From positions 64,001 to 128,000 of the forward strand of contig JBBRSP010000007.1 in assembly GCA_038245295.1 (NCBI GenBank): a DNA stretch of 64,000 nt, written 5' to 3'. The notes beneath the pieces were generated by a model that searched no databases, had not been told where the DNA came from, and saw only the letters and a program-made list of their open reading frames with translations. Of the stretch, positions 8,621-17,460 are shown piece after piece. This DNA comes from Candidatus Binatia bacterium. GTDB taxonomy: Bacteria > Desulfobacterota > Binatia > HRBIN30. Position numbers and translations under genes: made by a program. Numbering within the stretch: the stretch's first letter is position 1; each line of letters opens with the position of its first letter.

Positions 8621-10375
8621 ATGAAACTCCTGGGCTTCGTATCCATCCTCCTCCTTTGCCTGCTCGCCGCCTGTGGCGAGGAAGCGGGCTCGGGCACGAC
8701 AACTTCCACTCGCGTTGCCCAGTGGGACCGCCTGGATCTGCCATTGCCGCTCGCTGTGGACCAAGGCAATCCGTTCAATCCCGCCGAAGTGCAGGTGGAC
8801 GTCGAGCTCACCGCGCCGAGCGGCTCTTCCATCGTCATCCCTGCTTTCGTCGGACGCGCGTTCCAGCGCGCCCTCGTCGACAACCACGAAGTTCTTACAC
8901 CCGCCGGTGAGCTGCGTTGGCAAGCGCGCTTCACGCCAACTGAGATCGGCCTGTGGCACTGGCGGTGGCGCCGACAGCGCGCCGCTGCCGTCGACGTCGG
9001 CAACTGGCAGAGCTTCGAAGCGACTCCGCCACATGGCGACCAACACGGCTTCATCCGACGCAGCCAGCGCGACACGCGTTATCTCGAGTTCGATGACGGA
9101 CACCCCTACTGGGCGCTCGGTGAGAACTTATCTTGGTACGCCGGCCAGGGAACCTTCGACTACGATCGCTGGATCGCCGACCTGAAGGCCAACGGCTGCA
9201 ACTATATTCGCCTCTGGATGCCGAGTTGGGCCTTCGCGCCGGAGTGGATCGAACGCGACAGCCACGGCGCCGTCGCCCAGTCGAGTCTCGGCAATTACGA
9301 AAGACGCCTCGATCGCCTGTGGCAACTCGACCACGTGATCGAGACGGCCGAGCGTCAGGGCATGTATGTCATGTTGTCGCTGTTCAACCACGGCGCCTTC
9401 TCTCTCGACTTCAACTCCGAGTGGGCCGACAACCCGTACAACGTCGCCAACGGTGGGCCGCTCGCACAGCCGCGCGACTTCTTCACCAATCCGCAGGCAA
9501 TCGAGCTGGTGCGTCGGCGCCTGCGCTACATCGCCGCACGTTGGGGTTACTCGCCGAACATCATGAGTTGGGAGCTGTGGAACGAAGTTGATCTCGCCGA
9601 TCACCCGACCGGCGGTGAGGTCGAACAGTGGCATCAGCAGATGGGCGATCTGCTGCGCCAGCTCGACCCCAATGATCATCTCATCTCAACGTCGTTGGCG
9701 ACGCGTTATCAACTGCTCAACCTGTGGAAGCTCGACAACGTCGACTTCACGCAGCTCCACCTGTACTCGTTTGCCGGCATCCCTCTCAATTTCACCGAGC
9801 TCGTGCCGGTGGCGATCGGGCGTCTGGCGCGCAACAGCAAGCCGGTGCTGTTCGGCGAAGGTGGTGTCGACTCGCGCGGGCCGGCCGAGACAATCGCCAA
9901 TGACCCGAACGCCGACGGCTTCCACGACATTCTATGGAGTGGGCTGACCAGCGAGAGCTTTGGAAGCGGTATGTCGTGGTGGTGGGACAACGTCGTCGAG
10001 CCACAGAATCTCTACTCCCACTTCGCGCCGCTGGCGGCGCTGACCAAAGGGGTCGACTTTGCCGGCGAGGGCTTCGGCGTGCAGCACCTCAGCAGCACCG
10101 CGGGCAGTGGTCAGAGCGTGAATACGACTTGGCTGGTCGGACGGAACACGGTGTTGGCGTGGATCAAAAATGCCGGTCATCAATGGACCGCACCCGATCC
10201 GTCGCCGGTCAGCGGTGCGGTGCTCACGCTGCCGGAGCTGCCGGCGGGTGCCTGGACGGCGACCTGGATCGACACGCGCACCAACGCTCACACTACAGCA
10301 GGAGCGATTGCCGCCGCGACGATCGAAGTGCCGGTGTTCGAACGCGACACCGCGTTGCGCCTTGATCGGCGCTAG
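8621..10375 (+). CDS. Lipoprotein glycoside hydrolase, clan GH-A (GH5-like) with DUF5060-like N-terminal domain
   Basis: Lipobox LAAC; NPFNPAEVQVDVELTAPSG, WQARFTPTEIGLW, acid/base WELWNEVD, nucleophile KPVLFGE. Confidence 0.8.
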   Translation: MKLLGFVSILLLCLLAACGEEAGSGTTTSTRVAQWDRLDLPLPLAVDQGNPFNPAEVQVDVELTAPSGSSIVIPAFVGRAFQRALVDNHEVLTPAGELRWQARFTPTEIGLWHWRWRRQRAAAVDVGNWQSFEATPPHGDQHGFIRRSQRDTRYLEFDDGHPYWALGENLSWYAGQGTFDYDRWIADLKANGCNYIRLWMPSWAFAPEWIERDSHGAVAQSSLGNYERRLDRLWQLDHVIETAERQGMYVMLSLFNHGAFSLDFNSEWADNPYNVANGGPLAQPRDFFTNPQAIELVRRRLRYIAARWGYSPNIMSWELWNEVDLADHPTGGEVEQWHQQMGDLLRQLDPNDHLISTSLATRYQLLNLWKLDNVDFTQLHLYSFAGIPLNFTELVPVAIGRLARNSKPVLFGEGGVDSRGPAETIANDPNADGFHDILWSGLTSESFGSGMSWWWDNVVEPQNLYSHFAPLAALTKGVDFAGEGFGVQHLSSTAGSGQSVNTTWLVGRNTVLAWIKNAGHQWTAPDPSPVSGAVLTLPELPAGAWTATWIDTRTNAHTTAGAIAAATIEVPVFERDTALRLDRR

Positions 10376-10398
10376 GGGCGGTTCGCGAACCGCCCCTA
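10373..10398. repeat. Perfect 26-bp palindrome (GTAG-type REP-like) between convergent genes; may act as terminator
   Basis: TAGGGGCGGTTCGCGAACCGCCCCTA; half copy GTAGGGGCGGTTC at 37953-37965. Confidence 0.75.
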
Positions 10399-10407
10399 AT
10401 AATCCGA

Positions 10408-10875
10408 TCAGGCGCCGTAGGCGCCGCCGAGGTGGTCGTATACATCAACGCCGGCCGCGAGATCGCTCTTGAACTTGGCGTGATCGACGTGTCGTTCGAG
10501 TCCGTCGACCAGGTACGCCAGGAAGTCTCGCGTCGATAGGATCCCAACCGGCCGCGACTTCTCCAGCACCGGCAGATGACGGAACTTGCGGGCCCGGAAG
10601 ATCGCCAACACCTGCTTGAGCGGCTGATCGACATCGATCGTCGCCACCGTGCCGGTGCAGACCTGGCCAACCTTGGTCGTTTGCGGATCACGATGCTCGG
10701 TGATGACGCGGCTGACCAGGTCGCGTTCCGAGAACAACCCGAGTAGTCCGTCTTGATCAACCACGAGGACGGCGCCGACACGGTTCTGCCGCATGCGATT
10801 TGCCGCCTCGAGAACCGTATCTTCGGGCGCCACCGTTACCATTTCCGTCACCATCAAGTCGCGAATCGCTGCCAT
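10408..10875 (-). CDS. CBS domain pair protein
   Basis: IRDLMVTEMVTVAPEDTV, GLFSERDLV, FRHLPVLE, GILSTRD. Confidence 0.92.
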   Translation of the reverse strand: MAAIRDLMVTEMVTVAPEDTVLEAANRMRQNRVGAVLVVDQDGLLGLFSERDLVSRVITEHRDPQTTKVGQVCTGTVATIDVDQPLKQVLAIFRARKFRHLPVLEKSRPVGILSTRDFLAYLVDGLERHVDHAKFKSDLAAGVDVYDHLGGAYGA

Positions 10876-10903
10876 CTGTCGGTTCTCCTCGCCCTCTCAG
10901 CAG

Positions 10904-10919
10904 TGCAAGGCCTCTGCCA
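10904..10919 (-). promoter_or_regulatory. Sigma54 -24/-12 promoter for the CBS gene
   Basis: Minus strand TGGCAGAGGCCTTGCA matches TGGCAC-N5-TTGCA, ~30 bp upstream of the ATG with RBS GAGGAG. Confidence 0.7.
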
Positions 10920-11183
10920 GCGGTGATCGGCGCCTGCAACGGTTACGATCGTGGCGGCACTCTCCCACATGTGAGAACTCATCGTCGTCCCGGCGGAGGC
11001 CGGGACGATGTCACACAAGCTGGGAACTCAACATGATCGTCGCCGCGGCGCGATTCTCATCTCTGCCGACCATACGCAGCTCCGATTCCCGGGGCTAACG
11101 GAAGAAGTCCCGAGCCACTCAACACGGCGGTGCATCAACGAAGCGGCGTCGGAATTGCAGTTCGCAAGCGATCGGAGGTGTCT

Positions 11184-11462
11184 ATGCGCCGTGACCTCGG
11201 CCGCAGCGAACCGGTGGCCGCAGGGACGTATTACCTCGTCAATGTCGTGGACCCACTCGGCTTGCTGCTCGAATCCGACCCCAATCTGATGCACAACGCC
11301 GGCGTCGTCAGCATCGACATTCCGGCCCGCATCGGCACCAACGAACTGCCGCAGCCAACCCCGACGTCATCGATCATCCCGACACCATCACGCACGCGCC
11401 GACCACATCCACCGCATCTACCGCGAGCGCCGCGGCCCGGGCGAACGCCGATCCCACGCTAA
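11184..11462 (+). pseudogene. Small ORF or gene remnant resembling the end of a CARDB-like Ig domain plus Pro/Thr linker
   Basis: AGTYYLVNVVDPLGLLLESDPNLMHN followed by PQPTPTSSIIPTPS; RBS GGAGGT; no signal peptide. Confidence 0.35.
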
Positions 11463-11525
11463 AACCGGCGCCGCGTCGTCATCCCGGCAAGCACGCGCTT
11501 CTTGCGCGTCGGCGTTAGGCGCGAA

Positions 11526-11864
11526 TTAGGCGCCAAGAATCTCGTTGAGGCCTTCCAGCACCTGCGCCAACTCTTCAGGCGACGCCCGCGCGAGCCGCTT
11601 CCCAATGCGCTCCGTCGCTAACGTCCGGATCTGGCTAATTTTGACCCACGATCGTTTGGGCAAACGGGGCGCCGTCAACTCCAGCGTCAGTGGAAACCCT
11701 GCCCGTTGTGCCTGGCTCGTCAACGCGACCGCGATGACCGTTCCCGAGCGTTCGTTGAAGACATCATGGCTCAGGACCAACACCGGCCGTTGTCCGCCCT
11801 GCTCACTCCCTTGCGTCGGGTTGAGATCCGCCCACCGGATCTCAACCCTCAATATTCCGGCCAT
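11526..11864 (-). CDS. mazF: Type II toxin, PemK/MazF family endoribonuclease
   Basis: WADLNPTQGSEQGGQRPVLVLSHDVFN, AVALTS, KISQIRTL. Confidence 0.93.
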   Translation of the reverse strand: MAGILRVEIRWADLNPTQGSEQGGQRPVLVLSHDVFNERSGTVIAVALTSQAQRAGFPLTLELTAPRLPKRSWVKISQIRTLATERIGKRLARASPEELAQVLEGLNEILGA

Positions 11865-12091
11865 CGCGCGACGTTCCCCGCGAGCCCCTCCTCCGCCATC
11901 GCACACTCGGCCAGCGGATCGAGCTTCGCGCACTCGTCGGCAAGCCGTCGCCGCTCGAGCCGCTCGAGCTGCGCCGAGACGGCAGCTTCAATCGCCTGAC
12001 TACGGTTTGGATACCGGGCATCGCGCACGAGACGGTCGACCCGCCGAAGCGTTTGGGTGTCGAGCGTAACGGCGACCTTCGTTTTGGCCAT
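11849..12091 (-). CDS. Ribbon-helix-helix (CopG-like) antitoxin
   Basis: MAKTKVAVTLD...YPNRSQAIEAAV; overlaps the toxin start by 16 bp; RBS GAGG. Confidence 0.88.
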   Translation of the reverse strand: MAKTKVAVTLDTQTLRRVDRLVRDARYPNRSQAIEAAVSAQLERLERRRLADECAKLDPLAECAMAEEGLAGNVARWPEY

Positions 12092-12200
12092 GAGACACCT
12101 CGGGGTATGCGAATACATTCTACCCACAGGGCCGACAAGATGTGCGGAACATCACCGCGGTCGGATGCAGAACTCTAACGGACTTACGCAAAAATCGGAT

Positions 12201-12278
12201 GTACGGACCGGCGTTCCTACAAGTCGCTCGACCGGACGCTGCAAGTGCGGTACGTCCGGCGGTCCGTGCCCTTCAACT
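12201..12278. repeat. ~70-bp structured repeat, copy 1
   Basis: GTACGGACC...TCGCTCGACCGGACGCTGCAAGTGCGGTACGTCCGGCGGTCCGTGCCCTTC; direct copy at 17352. Confidence 0.8.
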
Positions 12279-12402
12279 CAAAAGCAGTGACCAATCAATC
12301 GCCGCCGCGCGATACGCGCGCTTGAACGCGCTCCAAAGGAAATTGGCTCGACAAACCGACTCGCAACCCACAGTGTGACGCCCAATCCGGGGGGACCTCG
12401 TT

Positions 12403-15400
12403 TTGGACACGCTCACGGCACGATCGCGAAGAATGCGGCTCACACCAACCATCGGGCTCTTCGTCGGCCTGTTGCTGACGCAACCGAGGCCTTCCATTGC
12501 GGCGGAAGCCCTCTACGTCGCGGACACTGCCAGGGATCGGATCGTCATCGCCGATCCGGAGACGTTGAAGGTCGTCGATTCGATCCCACTGGGCTCGGGG
12601 ATCCGGCCGTTCGGCCTTGCGCTGAGCGCCGACGAACTTCACCTGTTCGTGACCGCCGAGCTCGGCACAGTCGCCACGGTGGATCTCGCACGCCGGTCCA
12701 TCACTCGGAAGGCAACGGGAGGCTACGGGTACGAACGGCCGATCCTGACAGGGGCGGCGGCCGCACAGTTCCTGGTTCTTGGATCGACGATCTTCGACAC
12801 CATATCCCTGGGAGTCGTCGGTGGATTCAATAGTGCATACACTCCGACGGCGGGACTGTCGGTCCTCCCAGCGTCGGTCATTGCCAACAACGAACACACG
12901 ATCAATCGCCTCGATGTGCAAACCCGACGGGTTGCGGCAACCTACTTCTCGCAAAGCAAAATCGTCGCACTTGTCGCAACGCGCGATGGTAAGGAAGTCT
13001 GGTACGGCGACCGAACTCACTTGGTTCAGCTCGACTCGACCACGCTGGCTCCCCTCGCTGAGGTCCCTCTAGTTGGAGTGAATCTGCTGATCGCCGACCC
13101 TGAGCGGGGTATCTGGGCGCAGTCGGGCGGGCGGTTCATTCCGATCGTTGGGGGTGAGTTCAATCCTTCGCGCTCGTTGCCGGCTCCGCAGGTGACGAGT
13201 GCAACGCGTGCCCATATCCTGGCCGACGGTCGGCTCATCCTGGTTGATCTGACGATGCGGGCGTACGTTATTGTCGACCCCACGCTACCCGTACAAACGC
13301 AACAGTATCGCTTGGAGCGGCCCGAGGAACCAATCGAGGACATCGTCTTCAGCAGCCGCAGCGCGCGCGCCTGGCTGGCTCGGCGGTCGGGGATCTACGA
13401 GTTGGACCTCGATCACCAAACCGAAACGCCGGTGCTTGCCGCCGCCGCACCTGTTGAGCTTGCATCGGATCCGACAGGAACGCGGCTCGCGGTTGCCGAT
13501 CAAGCCGCGCGCGCGGTGCTCCTCATCAACGTGGAAGATGGCGCACAGACGACGATCGCAACCGGCGGTGAACCATCGAGCATAACATTTCATCCCAGCG
13601 GTAACGCCGTCTTCGTAGCCGGGCACGAATTCATCCGCGCCTACGACCTGTCCGGCCGCTTGCTGCATTCCTACGACGCGGGGTGGTTCGAACATCCAGC
13701 GGTCTCACCTGATGGCAAGCTCCTGTTTGTGACCGATCACCAGGAAACCGTTGCGGTGTTCGACGTCGAGTCCGCCGCCTTGCTCCGTCAAGTCGACCTC
13801 GGTGGTCCGGGCGACACCGTCTTTGGTAACATCGCTTTCGATCACAGCGGAAATGCCTTCCTGGCACAGCCCGATGGCTACACCGTGTGGCGCTTCGATC
13901 TGGCCACGCTCGAGCCCTATCCAACCGCATTGCAAGGCCAAGCTCGCAGTGTGGTCTTTGACTCAACACGCAACACGCTTCTTGCGTCCCTCGATCCCCC
14001 GTATCCGCACGACCGCGACGAGGCACACAACTCCATCGTGGCGACCCTCGCGCTCGCCACGATGAGCTCGGGGCGCCCGATGGGCCTGGACGGATCAGCC
14101 GGCTCGCTTGCCATCAGCGCCGACCACAAATGGCTGGCTGCCGCCGCGTCTCTCCAAGGCGGCGTGCAATTGATCAGCCTCGAACGCGGCGCGACTCAGG
14201 GGTTCATCGGAATGCCGGCTGGGAGCTTGGTATTCGCTAGGAAGCCAGCTGTCCGGTTTGGACTAACCGAGCTGGGGCTCAACACCGCCATTGCCTCGCC
14301 TGTCGTCCCAGACCTCGAGAAGGCATCGGCCAACAGCTCTGTCGGGCTCGACATGATCTGGGCCGGTACGCCGAGCACCCACGCGGGGCTTGGCGAGATT
14401 TCCTTCTTCTTTGATCGCGCCACAGCGGTTCGCCCGGTCTCGTCAGACACTCCCGACTGCAAACTGGTCGGTCCGTTCGAAGGTTGCACTCTGGCCGCAG
14501 CCTTCCGCCCGCGCGGCTGCGAACCGGGCATTTCCTGCGATCATGTGGCGTGGCGTCCGGCCTGCCCGTCGAAACGTCTCCTACAACCCGGACAGTCCCT
14601 GCTGCGCTGCACCGTCGACGTATCGCCCGACGCAGCGCCCGGATTGCATCCGGTAGCCGGGAACACGTGGTCGAACGTCGACGGCGTCGGCTTCACCGGT
14701 GGCGTCGTTGTCACCTCTGGCGAGGCGAGAGCCGGCACACCATCACGCACACCGTATCCGACACGTACCCCTACCGTCACATCCACGCCAACCGCCACAC
14801 CACACCATCCACAAATCTTGATCGACGCCCGGCCGTCGACACTTGCGCCGGGCGAGGACCTTCTCGTGGCAACCGTGCTTCTCGGCGATAGCAGCAACAT
14901 CGTGAGCCTCGAGTACGACGTCGACTTACCGCCGGACATCACCATCGATTCAGATGCCTACGGTTCTCCGATCTGCGTCAGATCCAACGCCGATCGGTTC
15001 AGCGCGGTTTCCGTGTCGCCTTCGGGGGCCTGCGACACGGGTGCTGCAACTTGCGGTTCACGATTGCATGGCTTCGTCCCGGCGACGGCGTCCGGTGTTC
15101 GCCAGATCGGTGATGGCCCGATCGTGCAGTGCCATGCTCATGTGCGCAGCGACGCCGACGCGGGAGAGATCCTCCTGACGGCGGCCTTCTTTTCATCGAC
15201 AAGCGATCCCTATGTCGTCAACGAGCCGCTCGTCGCAACGAGCCGGTTGACCATCCGTGGCTCCGGCACACCTCAGTCGTCACCGACTCCCACGGTGACG
15301 CCGACGCCCAGCGCCACAGCCCCCGACCTTGCCGACGATGCCGAGCTCAACGGCGTCATCGTGTACGCGGGACTGGGCGGTGTAGGTATCGCCGCCGTCG

Positions 15401-16560
15401 ACCCTTTCGACCTCAACGCGATTGCGTCCTACCTATACGATGGCTTTGGTCTGGGATACGGTCCGCCGGCGCTCGCCTTGGACCCGAGCGGTCAGCTCAT
15501 GTTCGCCGGCTCGGTCGACAGGTTCTATATCCTCGCCCCGTGCACACAAGCGTTTTCGGGCGACGCGTTTGGTCTGGACGAGTTGACGGATCTAGCGCTT
15601 TTCGAAGATGGTGGTTTGGTTTGGGTGGCGGCAAAGGATCGTGTCACCGCCCTGGATTTGGCGTCGCTGCAACCACAGGTGACGATTCGCGCCGCCGGCC
15701 ACTCGCGTCTTACTGCCGGCCTAGCGTCGCGTCGGCTCTACGTCTCACCCTATGCCGACAGGTTCAACGACTTCGCCATCAACGGAATTCTACGCGCCTA
15801 CGACCTGACAAATGGAGAGCTGCAAGCCGAGGCACCGGCCCTAGCCGAATTCGATCGAGGTCTCGGCAACGCGATTGAGTTGTCGCGAGACCAACGACAG
15901 CTCTATGTGACCAGCGCTCCATGCCGCGACCCTTTCTGCGGTGCCGACGATCGCGGCAGCGGCCGGATTGTTGTCCTCGACGCGATGAGCCTCGAGGTGC
16001 GTGATGTGTTCACGCTTCCGCCGCCCTATTTCCCGACAGCCGTTGGTGTTCATCCTGACGGCCGCACGCTGTGGGTTGGCGCTACCAGCGACGAACAATC
16101 CAGGGTGTTCAGCATCCAAGTGGACACCCACGAAATTCGGGAAATCCTCGCGCCACCTTCGGCCTTGGCCGACATCAAGTTCAGCGCGAGCGGTCAATGG
16201 GCCTATCTGTTGACGAGAAGCCCTGGCGCGATTTCGCGAGTCGACGTGCTGACGCATCGGATCGTTGCGCACCATGTGTATGGCGACATCAACAATTTCC
16301 CAACGGAAGGGGGACGCCTGGTCATTGCGCCGAGACCGCCGGAGTGTGCAACGATCCCGGCGCGGTGCCCCTGTGATTGCAATCGTGACGGAGCCACATC
16401 GATCGACGAGATCCTCGTCAACGTCGGCGCAACCGTGAACGGCGCGGCTGATTTATCATGTTCGCACCCGGCGTCGGACGTCGCGGGTCTCGTGGCGTGC
16501 GTCCAGTCGGCGCTGGGATCTTGTTCGGCGCCACGCTCGATCGTTTCGTCCGCTCCGTAG
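12403..16560 (+). CDS. Large secreted protein: YVTN/YncE-like beta-propellers, two Cys-rich cohesin-like domains, PT linkers, C-terminal dockerin-like module
   Basis: Signal peptide (likely start 12433). Repeats LYVAD, SPDGKLLFVT, HPDGRTLWV; TPTVTSTPTATP linkers; C-terminal CPCDCNRDGATSIDEIL...VQSALGSC. Confidence 0.75.
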   Translation: MDTLTARSRRMRLTPTIGLFVGLLLTQPRPSIAAEALYVADTARDRIVIADPETLKVVDSIPLGSGIRPFGLALSADELHLFVTAELGTVATVDLARRSITRKATGGYGYERPILTGAAAAQFLVLGSTIFDTISLGVVGGFNSAYTPTAGLSVLPASVIANNEHTINRLDVQTRRVAATYFSQSKIVALVATRDGKEVWYGDRTHLVQLDSTTLAPLAEVPLVGVNLLIADPERGIWAQSGGRFIPIVGGEFNPSRSLPAPQVTSATRAHILADGRLILVDLTMRAYVIVDPTLPVQTQQYRLERPEEPIEDIVFSSRSARAWLARRSGIYELDLDHQTETPVLAAAAPVELASDPTGTRLAVADQAARAVLLINVEDGAQTTIATGGEPSSITFHPSGNAVFVAGHEFIRAYDLSGRLLHSYDAGWFEHPAVSPDGKLLFVTDHQETVAVFDVESAALLRQVDLGGPGDTVFGNIAFDHSGNAFLAQPDGYTVWRFDLATLEPYPTALQGQARSVVFDSTRNTLLASLDPPYPHDRDEAHNSIVATLALATMSSGRPMGLDGSAGSLAISADHKWLAAAASLQGGVQLISLERGATQGFIGMPAGSLVFARKPAVRFGLTELGLNTAIASPVVPDLEKASANSSVGLDMIWAGTPSTHAGLGEISFFFDRATAVRPVSSDTPDCKLVGPFEGCTLAAAFRPRGCEPGISCDHVAWRPACPSKRLLQPGQSLLRCTVDVSPDAAPGLHPVAGNTWSNVDGVGFTGGVVVTSGEARAGTPSRTPYPTRTPTVTSTPTATPHHPQILIDARPSTLAPGEDLLVATVLLGDSSNIVSLEYDVDLPPDITIDSDAYGSPICVRSNADRFSAVSVSPSGACDTGAATCGSRLHGFVPATASGVRQIGDGPIVQCHAHVRSDADAGEILLTAAFFSSTSDPYVVNEPLVATSRLTIRGSGTPQSSPTPTVTPTPSATAPDLADDAELNGVIVYAGLGGVGIAAVDPFDLNAIASYLYDGFGLGYGPPALALDPSGQLMFAGSVDRFYILAPCTQAFSGDAFGLDELTDLALFEDGGLVWVAAKDRVTALDLASLQPQVTIRAAGHSRLTAGLASRRLYVSPYADRFNDFAINGILRAYDLTNGELQAEAPALAEFDRGLGNAIELSRDQRQLYVTSAPCRDPFCGADDRGSGRIVVLDAMSLEVRDVFTLPPPYFPTAVGVHPDGRTLWVGATSDEQSRVFSIQVDTHEIREILAPPSALADIKFSASGQWAYLLTRSPGAISRVDVLTHRIVAHHVYGDINNFPTEGGRLVIAPRPPECATIPARCPCDCNRDGATSIDEILVNVGATVNGAADLSCSHPASDVAGLVACVQSALGSCSAPRSIVSSAP

Positions 16561-16619
16561 AGGAGGTTGAGAGCCCTCCGGTTCCCAGGCTGCTCGACGT
16601 CAATTTCCATCTCGGTGGA

Positions 16620-17255
16620 CTACAGCGGCCGGCCAAGGGCATCGAATGCGTCGATCGGTGTCGCCGCGGCTTGGCTGCCGGCGAATTCTTCGGCGAGCAT
16701 GCTCCAAATCATCGTGTCGCGTGGCTGACCGTCGGCACCGTTGACATCTTGCCGCCGCGTGCCGTCGTGGTGAAAGCCGAGACGCCGCGGCACGGCGAGG
16801 CTGCGTAGATTCAACGGATCGCAATGGATCTCGACGCGTTTCATCTGTGCGATGGCAAACGCCACATGCGTTAGAGCTGAGGCGGTTTCGCCCGCCAGTC
16901 CCCGGTTGAGATGATCCTTGTGGATCCAGTACCCGATCTCGCGCCCGTGTGGCCCGACGCGTGTGTGCAAGCCGGTGCCACCAAGAGCGGCCGTCTCGTC
17001 ACGATTGAAGATGCCGTATGTGAAGTCCTGGCCGAGATCGAACTCGCCACGGAAACGTCGCAGTTGCTCGACTCTTTGCTCGAAGGATTGTGGCTCGTGT
17101 TTGATCCACGGCATCCAGGGCCCTAGATGCTCGAGGTTGGCTTCGATCGCCGCACTGAGAAGCGCCGCGTCGGCTGGTTGCCAACAGCGCAGGACCAGGC
17201 GCGGGGTGACGACGCGATAGGCTGGGCCACGTGGAGCCGATTGTTTGTCATCCAT
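16620..17255 (-). CDS. RimJ/RimL-family GNAT N-acetyltransferase
   Basis: TPRLVLRCW, HLGPWMPW, EIGYWI, NRGLAGE, NLRSLAVPRRLGF; RBS AGGAGG. Confidence 0.9.
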   Translation of the reverse strand: MDDKQSAPRGPAYRVVTPRLVLRCWQPADAALLSAAIEANLEHLGPWMPWIKHEPQSFEQRVEQLRRFRGEFDLGQDFTYGIFNRDETAALGGTGLHTRVGPHGREIGYWIHKDHLNRGLAGETASALTHVAFAIAQMKRVEIHCDPLNLRSLAVPRRLGFHHDGTRRQDVNGADGQPRDTMIWSMLAEEFAGSQAAATPIDAFDALGRPL

Positions 17256-17351
17256 CCGCTCGAACCTCCTCGGCGTGATACATGTTCGGTCCTTCAGATC
17301 ATGCAGTGATCGATCCGGGAACGATTTACTTTCCACGTTGTTTGGTTCCAC

Positions 17352-17419
17352 GTACGGACCCGCCATCGCTCGACCGGCCGTTGCAAATGCGGTACGTCCG
17401 ACGGTCCGTGCCCTTCGAC
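17352..17419. repeat. ~70-bp structured repeat, copy 2
   Basis: GTACGGACC...TCGCTCGACCGGCCGTTGCAAATGCGGTACGTCCGACGGTCCGTGCCCTTC. Confidence 0.8.
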
Positions 17420-17460
17420 ACTGAAATCACGACTAGCGGCGTGCCCTGCGAGGTGCGCCT

